Shown: piece by piece, positions 21,291-33,400 of the stretch
Layout: each line of letters begins with the position of its first letter
Position numbering within the stretch: the stretch's first letter is position 1
From: an uncultured Bacteroidota bacterium
Lineage (GTDB): Bacteria > Bacteroidota > Ignavibacteria > UBA10030 > UBA6906
Reading direction: 5' to 3'
DNA length: 64,000 nt
NCBI GenBank assembly: GCA_963700635.1
Contig: CAVOYH010000004.1
Location: 544,001 to 608,000, forward strand
Notes under the pieces: model-generated
Databases searched by the model: none
What the model was told of the DNA's origin: nothing
Seen by the model: the letters and a program-made list of their open reading frames with translations, nothing else
Made by a program: the position numbers and the translations under genes

Positions 21291-22688
21291 TTATTCCTTG
21301 CGCCGCCACGTCCAGTAGTAATAGAGAGGCAGCGAGAGCAGGAGAAGGACGATTCCGATCAGCGCGTTGCGTGTGTCCTCCACGAGCGTGTTGTACACGA
21401 ACCACCCCGCGAGCGCGACAAAGAGGAGCGTGACATAGGGATACGCCCACACTTTGTACGGCCGCTTTGCATCGGGCATCTTGCGGCGGAGCACGATGAC
21501 GCCGAGTGCGGTGAGCGCGTAGAAAAACCAGGACCCGAACACAACGTACGAAGTAATCTGATCGTACGAGCCGCTCATCGTCAGTATTGCCCCCCAGACT
21601 CCGAGTGTGATGATGGAAATGTAGGGGCTGCGATAGTGGGGATGAACTTTCCCGAACGCCTTGGCGATCGTGCCGTCGGTGCTGGCGGCGTACAATGATC
21701 GTGGTCCGGACATGAGCATGCCGTTCGTGGTCCCGAATGTCGACGCCATGATGCCGACGATGATGAGTGATACTCCCACCGGGCCCAGCACCGCGCCGGC
21801 GACATCCGCTGCAATCCGTGTTGAGCCGGCCATCTGGTCGATCGGGATCGCGTAGGCATACGCCAGGTTGGCTGCAAGATAGAGCACAATCACCGCAAGC
21901 GTGCCGAAGAGAAGGGAGAACGGGACGTTTCGTTCCGGGTTCCTGAACTCACCCGCCGTGAGGGTGACATCAATCCACCCGTCGTATGTCCACAAGGCCG
22001 AGATCATCGCCAGCCCGAAGGCGGCAGTCAGCTGGCCGCTCCACTCCGCCGGCCACCACGGCAGGAAATTCTCGCTGCTCCCTTTTCCAGAGAAGACCAC
22101 AGCAAGAATCAACCCGATGAGCGCGGCCACTTTTACGGTTGTGAAAAAGTTCATGACACGGCCGCCGAATCGGATTCCGCGGACATTGATAAATGTCACG
22201 AGCAGAATGGTCAGGATGGCAACAATCTGATTCCACCCGAACGCGAATTCCATGTGCTCGCCGAGGAACATGTACTGGCTCTGGTAGAATGCGTTCTCGG
22301 GGCTGACGGCCGGAATAAAGTAGCCGAGATACGTGGAAAACGCTATCGCGACTGCAGCGGCCGATCCCGCCTTGTTAATGAAGAAATCATTCCAGCTGAA
22401 CATGTAACCCCAGACGCGTCCAAAGCTGTGGCGGAGATAAACGTACGGTCCGCCGGTCTGCGGGAGAACGGAACTGAGTTCCGCAAGAGACAGGGCTCCA
22501 AACAATGACAGCAAGCCTGCGAAGATCCACACGATCATAATCGGACCCATGGCTTGCAGGTGCCCCGCGATCGTGGCAGGCACAAGGAAAATTCCGGAAC
22601 CGATTATCACGCCCATGTGAAGGGCGATCCCTTCCTTTAGTCCGAGGGCGCGGAGCAGTTGAGGCTGCTCCGGTTCATGCTGGCTCAA
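21291..22688 (-). CDS. APC family amino acid permease
   Basis: GVIIGSGIF, AELSSVLPQTGGPY, WTYDGW, GEFRNPERN; TTG start with AGGAG RBS. Confidence 0.9.
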   Translation of the reverse strand: MSQHEPEQPQLLRALGLKEGIALHMGVIIGSGIFLVPATIAGHLQAMGPIMIVWIFAGLLSLFGALSLAELSSVLPQTGGPYVYLRHSFGRVWGYMFSWNDFFINKAGSAAAVAIAFSTYLGYFIPAVSPENAFYQSQYMFLGEHMEFAFGWNQIVAILTILLVTFINVRGIRFGGRVMNFFTTVKVAALIGLILAVVFSGKGSSENFLPWWPAEWSGQLTAAFGLAMISALWTYDGWIDVTLTAGEFRNPERNVPFSLLFGTLAVIVLYLAANLAYAYAIPIDQMAGSTRIAADVAGAVLGPVGVSLIIVGIMASTFGTTNGMLMSGPRSLYAASTDGTIAKAFGKVHPHYRSPYISIITLGVWGAILTMSGSYDQITSYVVFGSWFFYALTALGVIVLRRKMPDAKRPYKVWAYPYVTLLFVALAGWFVYNTLVEDTRNALIGIVLLLLSLPLYYYWTWRRKE

Positions 22689-22792
22689 TGGCGGCTCCTG
22701 ACGTGTGGGGTTGTAGGTGGCTTCGCTGATCCGGAAAACATACGGGATTCCGTGGAAAAAGACAAGCAAAGTGGTCTGAGGTGCCCATTCAC

Positions 22793-24947
22793 TTATTTGA
22801 TCACGGCCATCCTTCGTGTCCGGACAAAATTCCCTGCAGTGAGTTTGTAGAGATACACACCGCTTGACAGACCTGCGGCATCAAAACGAACCTCGTAGCG
22901 CCCTGGCGCTTGATTCTCGTTCACCAGTAGTGCCACTTCGCGGCCAAGAAGATCAAAAACGGCGAGTCGCACCCATCCAGATTCCCCGCTTGAGATCCCG
23001 TACCCGATTGTCGTGCCCGGGTTGAAGGGATTGGGATAATTCTGGAGGAGGGAGTTTGACCGGGGGATACCAGGGCTGTCTTCAGAAATCCCCGTCACAT
23101 TCTGCGTGTGAATGACGATCTCACTCCACGCGACCCACGACGGGCTCACCGTAGAAAAGATTCTTATATAACGGTACGGAAGCAGGCCCGGCGGAGCTGT
23201 GTAGGTCAGCAGTTGACCCGATTCTGTAGGGCCATCGAACTCGGACAGAAGCACCAGCGAGTCCGAGGGATCACTGCCTCTCGCCCAGATTTGGTGGACG
23301 GTTCGACCTGCAGGATACTGATCGACAAGGAGATCAACACCCATAATCCGGGAATCCTTGAGAAGGTCCACCTGAATCCACTGGGGGGGATGGGTTCCTG
23401 CTGTCCACATGGTTGCGGGGTCGCCGTCAAAAGCCTGATCCGGCGTGAAACCCGGAATATATGCCGATGCCGAAACAAGGCCGGAGTCGGTCCTGAAGGA
23501 TCTTCACGGTCGGACAAAGGGAACCGTGTGAAGCCGTATCACAGTATTCAACTTCCCCGCCCACCATCGTGAGGTGAGTCCGGATGCCGAGAAGATCTTC
23601 GGGAACAGAAATCTCCAGGGGATTCTCCGAGACGATCACCAGGTCAGCCACTTTGCCCGGTACCAGACTCCCTTTGATGTTCTCTTCAAATGTCGCATAG
23701 GCGCCGTCCACGGTGAGCAGTCTCAGCGCGGTTTGGACCGACAGACGTTGAGAAAGCTCCCAGTTGGCATGGGCGCGATTCAAATACCCCTCGCGTGTGA
23801 TGGCCTGAAAGATGGCACGGAATGGAGAGTAATCACACGGCGTATCATTGAACGGAGCGTCGGTGCTGCCCGTGGTCCGCAATCCTTCTGCTACGGCACC
23901 ATCAAAGTCCTTCCAGCGCAGGCACCATTCGGGATGGGTGTTGCTGATGTACGTCTGGAACGTCGTCTGGTCAGGCCAGTCCGGCGGACCCATCAGTTGA
24001 AAGGAGGCAACAATACCCTTCTGCTTCATCCGGGTCAACTGATCGTCTGATACCTTGACGGCGTGTTCAATGCGGTGGCGGTGGTTGTCGTTGGATCCCG
24101 ACCCCAGAGCAAGTTCATAGGCGTTGAGGATCTTCTCGACAGCGCTCTGGTTTACTGCATGTGCGGCAATTTGCCATCCGCCGGTGTGGGCGAACTGAAC
24201 AAGCTGATTTACCTCTTCCTGTGTCATGATATCCGTAGTGCCGAATGGATCGTCAACGTACATCTTGACGCCCGGGACCCTGATCCGATTGGTAAAAGCG
24301 GTGCGAGGGGCGATCGCGGAGTCTGCGAGGATCTGGATCAGTGAAGGATCGGTAAGCGTTCCCCAGTACCCATTCACACGAACGGATAATTCACCTCGCG
24401 CATCCAGATCCACGGCGTTTTCGAGATGGTCGCGCACAAAATCAGGCCGGCCGAAATTTAATTCAGAGATGCTTGTCCACCCTTTTTCAGACAGCATGCG
24501 CATGATGCCTTCCAGTGACGGGTACGTTGTGTCGTTGGTGACCGAACAAATGTGTTGTCTCCAGCTGAACCAGTGGGTGTGCGAATCGTTAAAGCCGGGG
24601 AGCAGCGTGAGCCCGTGGAGGTCGACAACGCTCGCCCCGCATCCCGGCGCCAGCAGCGCCAGGATCTCCCCGTTTGAACCGACAGCCTGGATCGAGCCCG
24701 CCTTGATTGCGATGGCCTCTGCCCGCGGAAAGGCCGGGTCCATGGTAATAATGGTGCCATTATAGTAGATGATATCGGGGGAGACGTCGCAGGAACCCGG
24801 CGAGTTGGTTTGTGGTTGAGAACCGTAAAGTTGCGTCGTGATGAGTACAACACAGAAGATGAGTGGGAAGGAAACGTGTAACATGCCACGGTGATGTCGC
24901 CATGCAACGGTGACCGAATGAACTCTGCGCGCGGTGAAAGCTCTCAT
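22793..24947 (-). CDS. secreted amidohydrolase-3 + discoidin (F5/8-like) + T9SS CTD protein (frameshift near 23500)
   Basis: PGFNDSHTH, AAHAV, RIEHA and GSTDAP amidohydrolase motifs; the shifted frame gives AFDGDPATMWT...PQWIQVDL and QNYPNPFNP...SGVYLY. Confidence 0.8.
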
Positions 24948-25415
24948 TGGACACCTCCCTGTTGCTTGTGATAAGAACGCGGCAAGCCAACAGCCAGGAT
25001 CCGGTTGCCGTACTCTATACTACCGGTTGAACGGGATAGATTCAAGTTTCTCCGCTGAGCCTGATGCTGTTTCACGACACCACATGAGCGACCGTTTTCC
25101 CGGGCGTCTTGCCCCTGCTTTCCGGCATTTTCTTGCATCGACATGTGGCTACCTACGGTCAGTCGGGGCCCGCCAGACATAAGCATATTTCCGGTTTCGG
25201 GAGGATTTCGACAGTTGCTCCAAAGGAAGTGTTCTGGCATGTCATTTGTACTAATATAGGTATTATATCATTCTGTGCGTCGGGCAGATCTGCACCGGCA
25301 CGAGGGGAAAGGTCCGTGAGTTCTGGGTTGTGCATTGCTGATCCGCAATACATGCCCGGATAGTCCCCGCGCCGTTTGCGCGCAGGATACGAACAGGAAC
25401 AACGAGGTGGTTGTT

Positions 25416-26624
25416 ATGGCAACTGTTGATTCGACATCGAGCCCGAACCCCTTCGCTGCGGCCAGCGAGGAGGTCCAGGCTCAAAGAAGCCGGGTGGCTC
25501 AGTTTGCGATGTACAAGGCTGCACAGAAATTGAGTGAAGGGAACGAAGAAGAGGCGATCAAGGAATTTAAGACAGTTCTGGCCTTTGATGCGCAGAATGC
25601 GACCGCCCGCACGTATCTCGGCAGGATATATCAAGGCCAGGGGAAAATGGCGGAGGCGATAGACCAGTTCAAAAAAGTTGTGCAGTTGGACCGCCTCTCC
25701 GTTGAGGCCCGCAATAATCTTGGCAACGCGTACGTGCGGGATAAACAGTATGCCAATGCTCAGGAAGAATTCGAATTTGCCGCAAGATTGGACCCGGCCG
25801 ACCCGGTTGCAGATTATACTCTCGGCATCATGTTTACTGAGACCGATCGGTTCGGCGAGGCTGAGGCCCAGTTCAACAAGGTTGCCAAGATTTCACCCTC
25901 CGATGGCAACGTACCGTATAGTCTCGGCGTCCTGTACAATAAGATGGGGCGGGCGGAAGCGGCGGCGAAACAACTGGAAAGAGCGTTGTCACTAAAAACG
26001 GACTTTCCGGCGGCCAACTATGAACTGGGCGCTGCCTATGTAAAAATGGGTGAAACGGAAAAAGCCAACAAGCAGCTGGACATCCTCTTGACGAAGGACG
26101 CAGGGTATGCAGGCGACCTGCTCTTTTTGCTCGACAAGCCCAGAATATCTTCCATAGACGGGACGAAAAGCCTCAACTTCAACGCCGGACTTGGAGCAGG
26201 GACCCCGGTCTGGATGCTCAATCCGCAAGAGCTCTCATCACCCAATGCCAGTGTACGGGTTGCGGTCGCCATCCAGTTCACCAATGAGATGGATATCGCA
26301 TCGGTCATGAATCCGGCAAACTGGGGAATCTCAAAGGCAAAAGACACGAAAGGTGGCTTCTACAACAACACTCTCCCGATCGGCCCCAATGAAGTCACCA
26401 TCCCGAACCGCCCCTTTTCTGTCACCTATGATCCCCTGACACGTCAGGCAAAAGTATTCTTTATCCTGAGCCAGAACAGCAGTATAGACTTTGGCACCGG
26501 GAATGCCGGCGCCACCATCGACCCCAAACATCTGGTTTTCAAATTCTCCGGCGTAGATGCTGCCGGAAGGCAGATGGACACGAGTGCCGATCAGATCAGC
26601 GGATATTCGATCCGCGGCTTTTGA
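25416..26624 (+). CDS. tetratricopeptide repeat protein with C-terminal Ig-like region
   Basis: About 6 TPR motifs (ARTYLG, ARNNLG, ADYTLG, VPYSLG, ANYELG). Confidence 0.8.
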   Translation: MATVDSTSSPNPFAAASEEVQAQRSRVAQFAMYKAAQKLSEGNEEEAIKEFKTVLAFDAQNATARTYLGRIYQGQGKMAEAIDQFKKVVQLDRLSVEARNNLGNAYVRDKQYANAQEEFEFAARLDPADPVADYTLGIMFTETDRFGEAEAQFNKVAKISPSDGNVPYSLGVLYNKMGRAEAAAKQLERALSLKTDFPAANYELGAAYVKMGETEKANKQLDILLTKDAGYAGDLLFLLDKPRISSIDGTKSLNFNAGLGAGTPVWMLNPQELSSPNASVRVAVAIQFTNEMDIASVMNPANWGISKAKDTKGGFYNNTLPIGPNEVTIPNRPFSVTYDPLTRQAKVFFILSQNSSIDFGTGNAGATIDPKHLVFKFSGVDAAGRQMDTSADQISGYSIRGF

Positions 26625-26767
26625 TTGACAATCACGCATCCCCGCCTTACATTACCCCTCACATCGGGGGAATGAACAACGATACTCTCCAGGGCCTCTT
26701 TGTCCGATGGATGGAGAGGCTTTCTTCTGGTCTTCTCTGAATACCGATGCAGACACCTGAGGAACAC

Positions 26768-27880
26768 ATGGCCGACACTGTGTACAGTCTGCTGGCCCGG
26801 CGGCTGGATGCACTTCCGAACCGTTTCCCCTCGACGAAGAGCGGTGTAGAACTACAACTGCTGACAAAGCTCTTCACCGTGAAGGAGGCGGGGCTTGCCT
26901 GCGCGATGGGTCTTGAGCCTGAACCGGTGGCGGACATTGCCAGCCGCGCCGGTGTTGATCCCGGAGATGCCCGCAACGATCTGAAAAGAATGGCAGCAAA
27001 AGGGCTGATTGGTCTCACGAGAGGAGAAGGAGAATTCGCCTTCGCACTCAAACCGTTCGTCGTCGGTTTTTACGAAACCCAGTTGCCGCGAATGGACGAT
27101 GAAATGGCGGCGCTCTTTGACCAGTATCTTCTGGAGACGCAGGGGAGCATCTTGCGGGAAGTTCCAGCGTTTCACCGCGTGATCCCTGTCGGACGGGCGA
27201 TTCCATTTCAGATAGCGATCCATCCGTATGAACAGGCCAGCGCATTGCTGGAAGGTGCCTCGTCGTGGGGGGTGCGTCCGTGCATTTGCCGCGTTCAGCA
27301 GCGACTCGTGGGAAAAGGCTGTAACCCCCCGGAGGAGACCTGCCTGGTGTTTGCGCCGGTTGAGCATGCTTTTGACCGGAGCAAAGTCGACCGCGTCATC
27401 ACGAAAGAGGAAGCCCTGCAAATCCTGCGCGCGACCGAAGAAGCCGGACTGGTTCATACCACCGGCAACTACCGGGACGGTATTGATTACATCTGCAACT
27501 GCTGCACGTGCTGTTGTGGGATCCTTCGCGGTATTGCCGAGTTTGGCATACACACTGCCGTTGCCCGTTCTGATTTTCGCATGGTGGTGGAGGCCGGGAT
27601 GTGTTCGGGCTGCGGGTCCTGTCTCGAGCGGTGCCAGTTCAAGGCCCTTGCAGCGGCTGAAGAGATTGTCGTAGTCGATTACAATAAATGTATGGGTTGC
27701 GGGTTATGTGTAGAGGCCTGTTCCACCGATGCACTCCACCTGGAGCGCCGCCCCCCGGGCGAACTGGGCCAGCCGCCGGCCAACATCAACGAATGGAGGT
27801 CGCAGCGTATGATGTTGCAGAATGGAAAGGGATCTCGTTCAGCTGGTGTTGTGGCCGAGCAAACAAAAGGGAGACAATGA
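26768..27880 (+). CDS. 4Fe-4S dicluster domain-containing protein
   Basis: [13 protein letters not shown] and two ferredoxin motifs ([22 protein letters not shown]). Confidence 0.85.
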   Translation: MADTVYSLLARRLDALPNRFPSTKSGVELQLLTKLFTVKEAGLACAMGLEPEPVADIASRAGVDPGDARNDLKRMAAKGLIGLTRGEGEFAFALKPFVVGFYETQLPRMDDEMAALFDQYLLETQGSILREVPAFHRVIPVGRAIPFQIAIHPYEQASALLEGASSWGVRPCICRVQQRLVGKGCNPPEETCLVFAPVEHAFDRSKVDRVITKEEALQILRATEEAGLVHTTGNYRDGIDYICNCCTCCCGILRGIAEFGIHTAVARSDFRMVVEAGMCSGCGSCLERCQFKALAAAEEIVVVDYNKCMGCGLCVEACSTDALHLERRPPGELGQPPANINEWRSQRMMLQNGKGSRSAGVVAEQTKGRQ

Positions 27881-27956
27881 CCCAAACCAGAAAACGGGTA
27901 CGAAAAGCCACACCTCCATCGTCTGTTCACCGCCCATTCCATGTGGAGCCACAGCA

Positions 27957-28890
27957 TTGAAAAGAAAAAAGAGCATTCTGGCAGAAGGATGGTGGGATTA
28001 TACCACTCTGGATGAGAAGATCCTGCATGATGCCTCACAACTCTCGGAAAAGGATCTCTTCGAGCTCTCCCGTCCCGGATTCCGGGTTGTTCTGTACGAT
28101 ACGATAGAATCGTTCTACATGAATGAGGCTCTGGAATACATCTCGGCCTGGAGGCGGGCAACGTCGTCCCGTCCGGCAGGCATTTGCGGGCCCATTGGTC
28201 CGACCGAACAATTACCTCTGGTCGCTGAACTGGTTAATGGTCTGGATCTCTCGTTGCGGAATTGTCACTTCTGGGGGATGGATGAATGGTTTATGGATGG
28301 GAAAGAAGTACCGGTCACTCATCCACTTTCCTTCGCACGGGCAGATATGGAATTGTGTTTTCATAGAATCAGACCGGATTTGAGGATGCCTGCAGAGAAT
28401 ATCCATTTTCCCACGGCAGACCAGTTACAATCCTATACTGAGAGCTTTGATAACGTTTTGTGCGCCGTCATGCAGGGGGGGCAAGGAGAAGTGAAACATT
28501 GGGCTTTCAACGATCCCTTCAGGCGGGAAGGGAACTATACCGAAGCACCACCATCCCCGGAGGAATACAGGAAACTGTCGGCCCGCAGGGTTGATCTGCA
28601 TCCGATTACTCTCGCACAGAACGCCAGAACGTCAGGCGGAGGATATGTCTCCGGAGTGCCTGGAGCAGGCGCTTACCGTCGGCCCGCTTGAAACGTGGAA
28701 GGCGGAGAAAGTCTCAATCTGGCATGCCGGGAATCATGACAATCCGTTCGGAATGCGACTTTCGGCATTTATGATTGCCAAACGCATCGTCGATACGTCA
28801 GTTCCGATCTCTCTCCTTGCGGATCACCCCAATGTGCAGTTTAACTATTACAGACCAGCCATCCGAAGCGTCGGAACGGAAATGCACTAG
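27957..28890 (+). CDS. glucosamine-6-phosphate isomerase/deaminase-like protein (frameshift, extra G near 28662)
   Basis: [34 protein letters not shown]; continues QALTVGP...SLLADHPNV in the second frame. Confidence 0.75.
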
Positions 28891-29691
28891 ATGAACGTCC
28901 ACAACAAACGGACCGTTCTCGCCGTCGGAGCTCATCCGGATGATCTGGAAATATTGTGCGCCGGGACGTTGGCGTTGTTGCATACAAGGGGCTGGAACGT
29001 GGAATGTGCCACGATGACACCGGGAGACTGCGGATCCGCGACTCAAACCAGGGCAGACATTAGTGCCATACGGAAGAAGGAGGCCGCGGCTTCGGCCGCA
29101 CTGTTGAACGGTACCTACCATTGTCTGGAATGCGACGACGTCTTTATCACGTACGACCGTCCCACGTTATTGAAGGTCATCAAACTTCTCAGACAGGTCA
29201 GGCCTGAAATCGTCTTCACGATGAGCCCTGCGGACTATATGGTCGATCATGAAATGACGAGTAGTGTTGTGCGCACCGCGTGTTTTTCAGCCGGTATGAA
29301 CAATATCCATACCGACGGCATCGAACCGATTCCGAATATTCCTCATCTGTATTATCTGGACCCGGTGGAAGGAAAAGACATACTGGGTACTGCCGTCCAA
29401 CCAACAACAATCGTGGATATCAGCAGCACGATAGGGAAGAAAGAGCAGATGTTCCTGTGTCACGAGAGTCAGCGCAGCTGGTTGACGACACATCACCGGA
29501 CTGCCGAACACGTGGCAACCATGAGAACCTTATCAACGATGCGTGGTACAATGGTTGGTGTTCCCTATGCAGAGGGCTTTCGCCAGCATCGCGGGCATGC
29601 ATATCCGCAAGACAATATCCTCGAACAGGAACTGACCGGTCTTGTGCATTGTGTCCCGGATCCTGGGATGACGACCAGGTCGATGGGCTAA
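28891..29691 (+). CDS. PIG-L family deacetylase
   Basis: AHPDD, DYMVDH, CHESQ and AEGF motifs. Confidence 0.9.
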   Translation: MNVHNKRTVLAVGAHPDDLEILCAGTLALLHTRGWNVECATMTPGDCGSATQTRADISAIRKKEAAASAALLNGTYHCLECDDVFITYDRPTLLKVIKLLRQVRPEIVFTMSPADYMVDHEMTSSVVRTACFSAGMNNIHTDGIEPIPNIPHLYYLDPVEGKDILGTAVQPTTIVDISSTIGKKEQMFLCHESQRSWLTTHHRTAEHVATMRTLSTMRGTMVGVPYAEGFRQHRGHAYPQDNILEQELTGLVHCVPDPGMTTRSMG

Positions 29692-29747
29692 AAGCAGACC
29701 GCGGCACACGGTGGAATGGTTCAGCGGGCAGATGTGATGAAGGTGCC

Positions 29748-30473
29748 CTACAATCCAGGGGCGCTTGCCTGGATCACTGTATAGCGAGAACGTAACCGTT
29801 CCTCCACCATCGCGGCGTGGTGGTCATTTAGGCAGTGGAACACCACCTCTGCCGTGCGGTGGTCTCCCCCGCCGAGAAGCCGGACGGATGGCAGATGGCG
29901 ATGGTTTACCCAGGGAGAGAGAAGAATCTCCTTTTGAATTTCTTTCCGCACGCTATCGACGTCTCCCGGGATCCCCTCAAGAGAGACGGTGGTCTGAAAA
30001 CGCGGCAAGGAGTGATCCTGGGCGTTCTCGACGGCCACCTCGCCAACAAGGTTGCTATACGGGACCGAAAGAACTTCTCCGCCGTCGGCCGCAACCTGGA
30101 GCCCCGTGAACCCCGCTTTAAGAACTCTTCCCGTCACCGTGCCCGCCCTGATGCGCCGATTCAACGCGTCAGGATGTTTTGTGGAGAAAATCACGCCTGC
30201 CACAAGATCCCGGAGGATGAACCATGCGAACAGCAGGAGCAGCACTCCGGCCAGTCCTCCGGTCAGTCCTCTATAGAACGGAGCGTCTGCAAACAGCGTC
30301 TTGAGTGTCCAGAAGCTGAACAACACCCAGAGTAATAACAGAAGGCCGGGCCGGATTCTTTCAAGTTTCCGGCGGACGGTATCCGAGAGAGGTATGAGGA
30401 GCGTGATCCGTGCCATGAAAATCTGGGCCAGCACCAGTGCTCCTCCGGCGATCAGAACGGATATCACCTTCAT
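29748..30473 (-). CDS. MscS-like mechanosensitive channel domain protein
   Basis: 3 TM helices, LRDLVAGV, middle beta domain (GRVLKAG...VPYS); overlaps the upstream gene by 4 bp. Confidence 0.65.
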   Translation of the reverse strand: MKVISVLIAGGALVLAQIFMARITLLIPLSDTVRRKLERIRPGLLLLLWVLFSFWTLKTLFADAPFYRGLTGGLAGVLLLLFAWFILRDLVAGVIFSTKHPDALNRRIRAGTVTGRVLKAGFTGLQVAADGGEVLSVPYSNLVGEVAVENAQDHSLPRFQTTVSLEGIPGDVDSVRKEIQKEILLSPWVNHRHLPSVRLLGGGDHRTAEVVFHCLNDHHAAMVEERLRSRYTVIQASAPGL

Positions 30474-33400
30474 AGTATCTGTCTCTCCTCCAGGAGCTTG
30501 AGCACCAGCCGGTCGATGTATGGATTTATGGTATAGACGCCAGCAGATCGTTCGTGGAGCAACCCGACGGTGGTCATCCTGCGGATTGTTCTCTGCACAT
30601 TTTCAGTTTTCATTCCTGTAATCCGCTCTGCCTTGACGATCGTCAGCCGCTTGTGAATCACGAACTGCGCGAGGAAGATGAGCCAGTCAGGGTCCAGGCT
30701 CCCGAGCAGCCGGGTTGACACCACGTCCGGCTTCCGTATCTCCAGAACGCGGTCATTCACGCGGATAATGCACGACAGCCACACATTGAGCGCGGTTCCG
30801 GGGTTGCCCTCGGAGGCCCGGAAGCATGCGTCAAAGAGTCGGGCTGCGAGAAATCCAGACAATTCCTGTTCTGACCGCCGCCCGAGGCGGTACAACATTC
30901 CGCTCGAGGCATGCCGGAGCATGATCATGGTCTTGAGGTCTTCGGCCGACAGGGGGGCGAGGTGGATCACTTCCGTACACACTTCGTGAAGCGGCTCCAG
31001 GTGCCGTATCACCGAAAACGCGGCGGGACTTGTATTCAGCACAATCATCACATCCCTTGAGCACGAATCGATCAGAGAGTGAATCTCGGCAAGCACGTCG
31101 AGTCCGGTGGAACTGCGTTCGAACCAGAGTTCAATATCATGAAGGAAGACGGCACTCCCGTGCGGAAGGGAGCGGAGAATCTCGGACGCATCCCCGGAGA
31201 ATCGCGTAACATGGGCAAGCGTTGCGGCGAACACGGTCCGGTCAACAGATCCCTCCCGCGGTGGGAAGACATGGAATTGGTTCCCCCGCTTGAAGTTCAA
31301 CGCGTCAACCCGCCTGCAGAATGACGTCTTCCCCGCGTTTCTGCTGCCAAGCAGAAGGACCGCGCCCTGGCCCCCGGCCCGAAACCGGCGCACTGCCCGG
31401 GCAAACGCCTCCTCCTCGGTCTTCCGGGGGACCCAGAATTCCTCACCGATGGTAGATTTGCCGCTGAACAGGTTGGCGTAGAACTGGGGCAGACTCTTGA
31501 TGACTTCGGGTTTTGGTGTCACGGAGGCAACGAGGGCCTGTACCTCCGCTGTCGGCGCAGTTGCAGTCCGGCCGGTTTTTCCCGCCATAAGCACACCGAC
31601 GCTTCTGCTGTAGACGACGCGGACCAGATTCTTCTCGAGGAAGTCCCGCCCCAGCGTTATATACCGGTCAAATGACGAAAGCATCCACCGGCCTTTGTAT
31701 CCACGCAGAACATCACGGAGGTCCACCGCACTCTTCACGATCATGTGCGGGGCCAGGGGGGTATAGGACCGTTCCAGAGCCGTTCGGGTTACCGAAGAGA
31801 CTTCCTTTTTGAGTTCACCAAGGTGCTTGTGTTCGAGCTCCAGCCGGGCGAGAGCATTTTTTACGATCGCCGAGAGTGCGGATGCGCGGTCCGCGATATC
31901 ACGGTCAATATTGTCCACCTCGAACTTGGTGAGGTTCACCTGGTCTTTTATCGTATAAGCGCTTTTCCGGAGCTGTTCCCCGGCTTCTGTGAGATATTGC
32001 TGTACCGGGCTGACAAACAGTGATTCAAGGTGGTGATGTGCGAGCTTGACGGCCGGGACTTCGACAGCTTCCAATACTCCTTCGGTGCTTCCTTCTTCGT
32101 CGCAGACCAGCATCGACTCGGGAAGCGTGCGCGTCAGATCATGGATATCCTCACGCGCATCATCGAGACTCTCCAGAAATCCAAATGACGGCTCAACGTC
32201 GAACTCGGCCGAAACGTCCGTGCCTTCCTTGAGGGCCTGTTGAAATTTCTCCCGCACACGCGCAAGATCTGTGAGCACGTGAGCGTCGATTTTCCGGCGG
32301 ATCTCCGTGAGCAGTTCCTCGGCCCTGTCAGTGACGCGACCCTGAAGGGAGGCGATGGCGATATCAAGGGTGACCTTATCAGCGACCAGGCGGACATCCT
32401 GGATCCATGAGTCGGCAAATGTTTTGTTGGCGCGAACCAGCTCCTTGTACGCCTTCGAGGAGACCCGTTGCCGCTGGGATCGGGGAGCGCCCCCGAAACG
32501 TTCCAGTTCGTCCCGCAGGGCCACGAGAGCGTTCCGGAATTCCAGGTGCAACCGATGATCAAACAACCGGTGCCGGGCAACCACAGTAGCGTCAAGAGAT
32601 TCCATGCCCGTGCGGAATGAGGCCATAATCTGATCCACATCCTCCTCCCGCCATCCACGGGCTGCAAGGGTAACTTCAAGCTCGTGAAAACTGGCCGCAA
32701 GGCCCAGCATTTCCGCTTTGAGGGCCGAGAGCGACTTCATCGTCGCCCCGAGAAACTGCTGGAGGTAGGCTTTGAGGAAAACATGCCGTGTGTGCAGCAC
32801 ATGGTGTTCGGCGGTCTTGCGGTAGGGAACCGGGCGTGTTGCCGGATAGCCCAGCACGCCATGCACCAGCCGTCGTGCGGCCTTGCGAACTCTGGTCACT
32901 GCAGCATCATCAGGTCTGGGCTGCAGTTCTTCCCGCGAGTACACCATGCGGAGCGATGTCGGGATGCGTGCAGCATCCCCTGCGAGTCGGTCGGCATATT
33001 CCTCAAGCGCCGCAGCAAGAGAATCACGTTGCGTCGGAAGGATGTCGTTGTTGATCGATTTGACCAGGGATCTGCAACGGAACAGATACTCGTTCTGGAT
33101 TTTTACGATCGCCTTGCGTCGGCGGAATGGATCCGGAAAACGGCTCGCGCGATCGAGCGTATCGTGGAAGGTGAGTCCGATATCGCTGAGCGCGGCAATC
33201 AGACGGCGTTCCTCGGTGAACCACGTGGCTATCCCCCGCTCGAAGAGCAGGCGGAGCACGCGGTCGCCGTTGGCCTCCATTTTCTGGAGATCCTCATTGA
33301 GGAGGGCGGATCGGGACGAGGGAGAAGGAGGAAGCTGGATTTCGGTGTCAGCAGGCGGGCTGATCGTCTCTTCATCCTCCTCTGCAAGCCCTATTTCAAG

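Noticed and set aside
24986-25012. GCCAAC-N17-CGTA as a third ECF promoter copy
   Set aside because: It lacks the CCG and TTTC flanks, has different spacing and lies about 400 bp from the next gene start.
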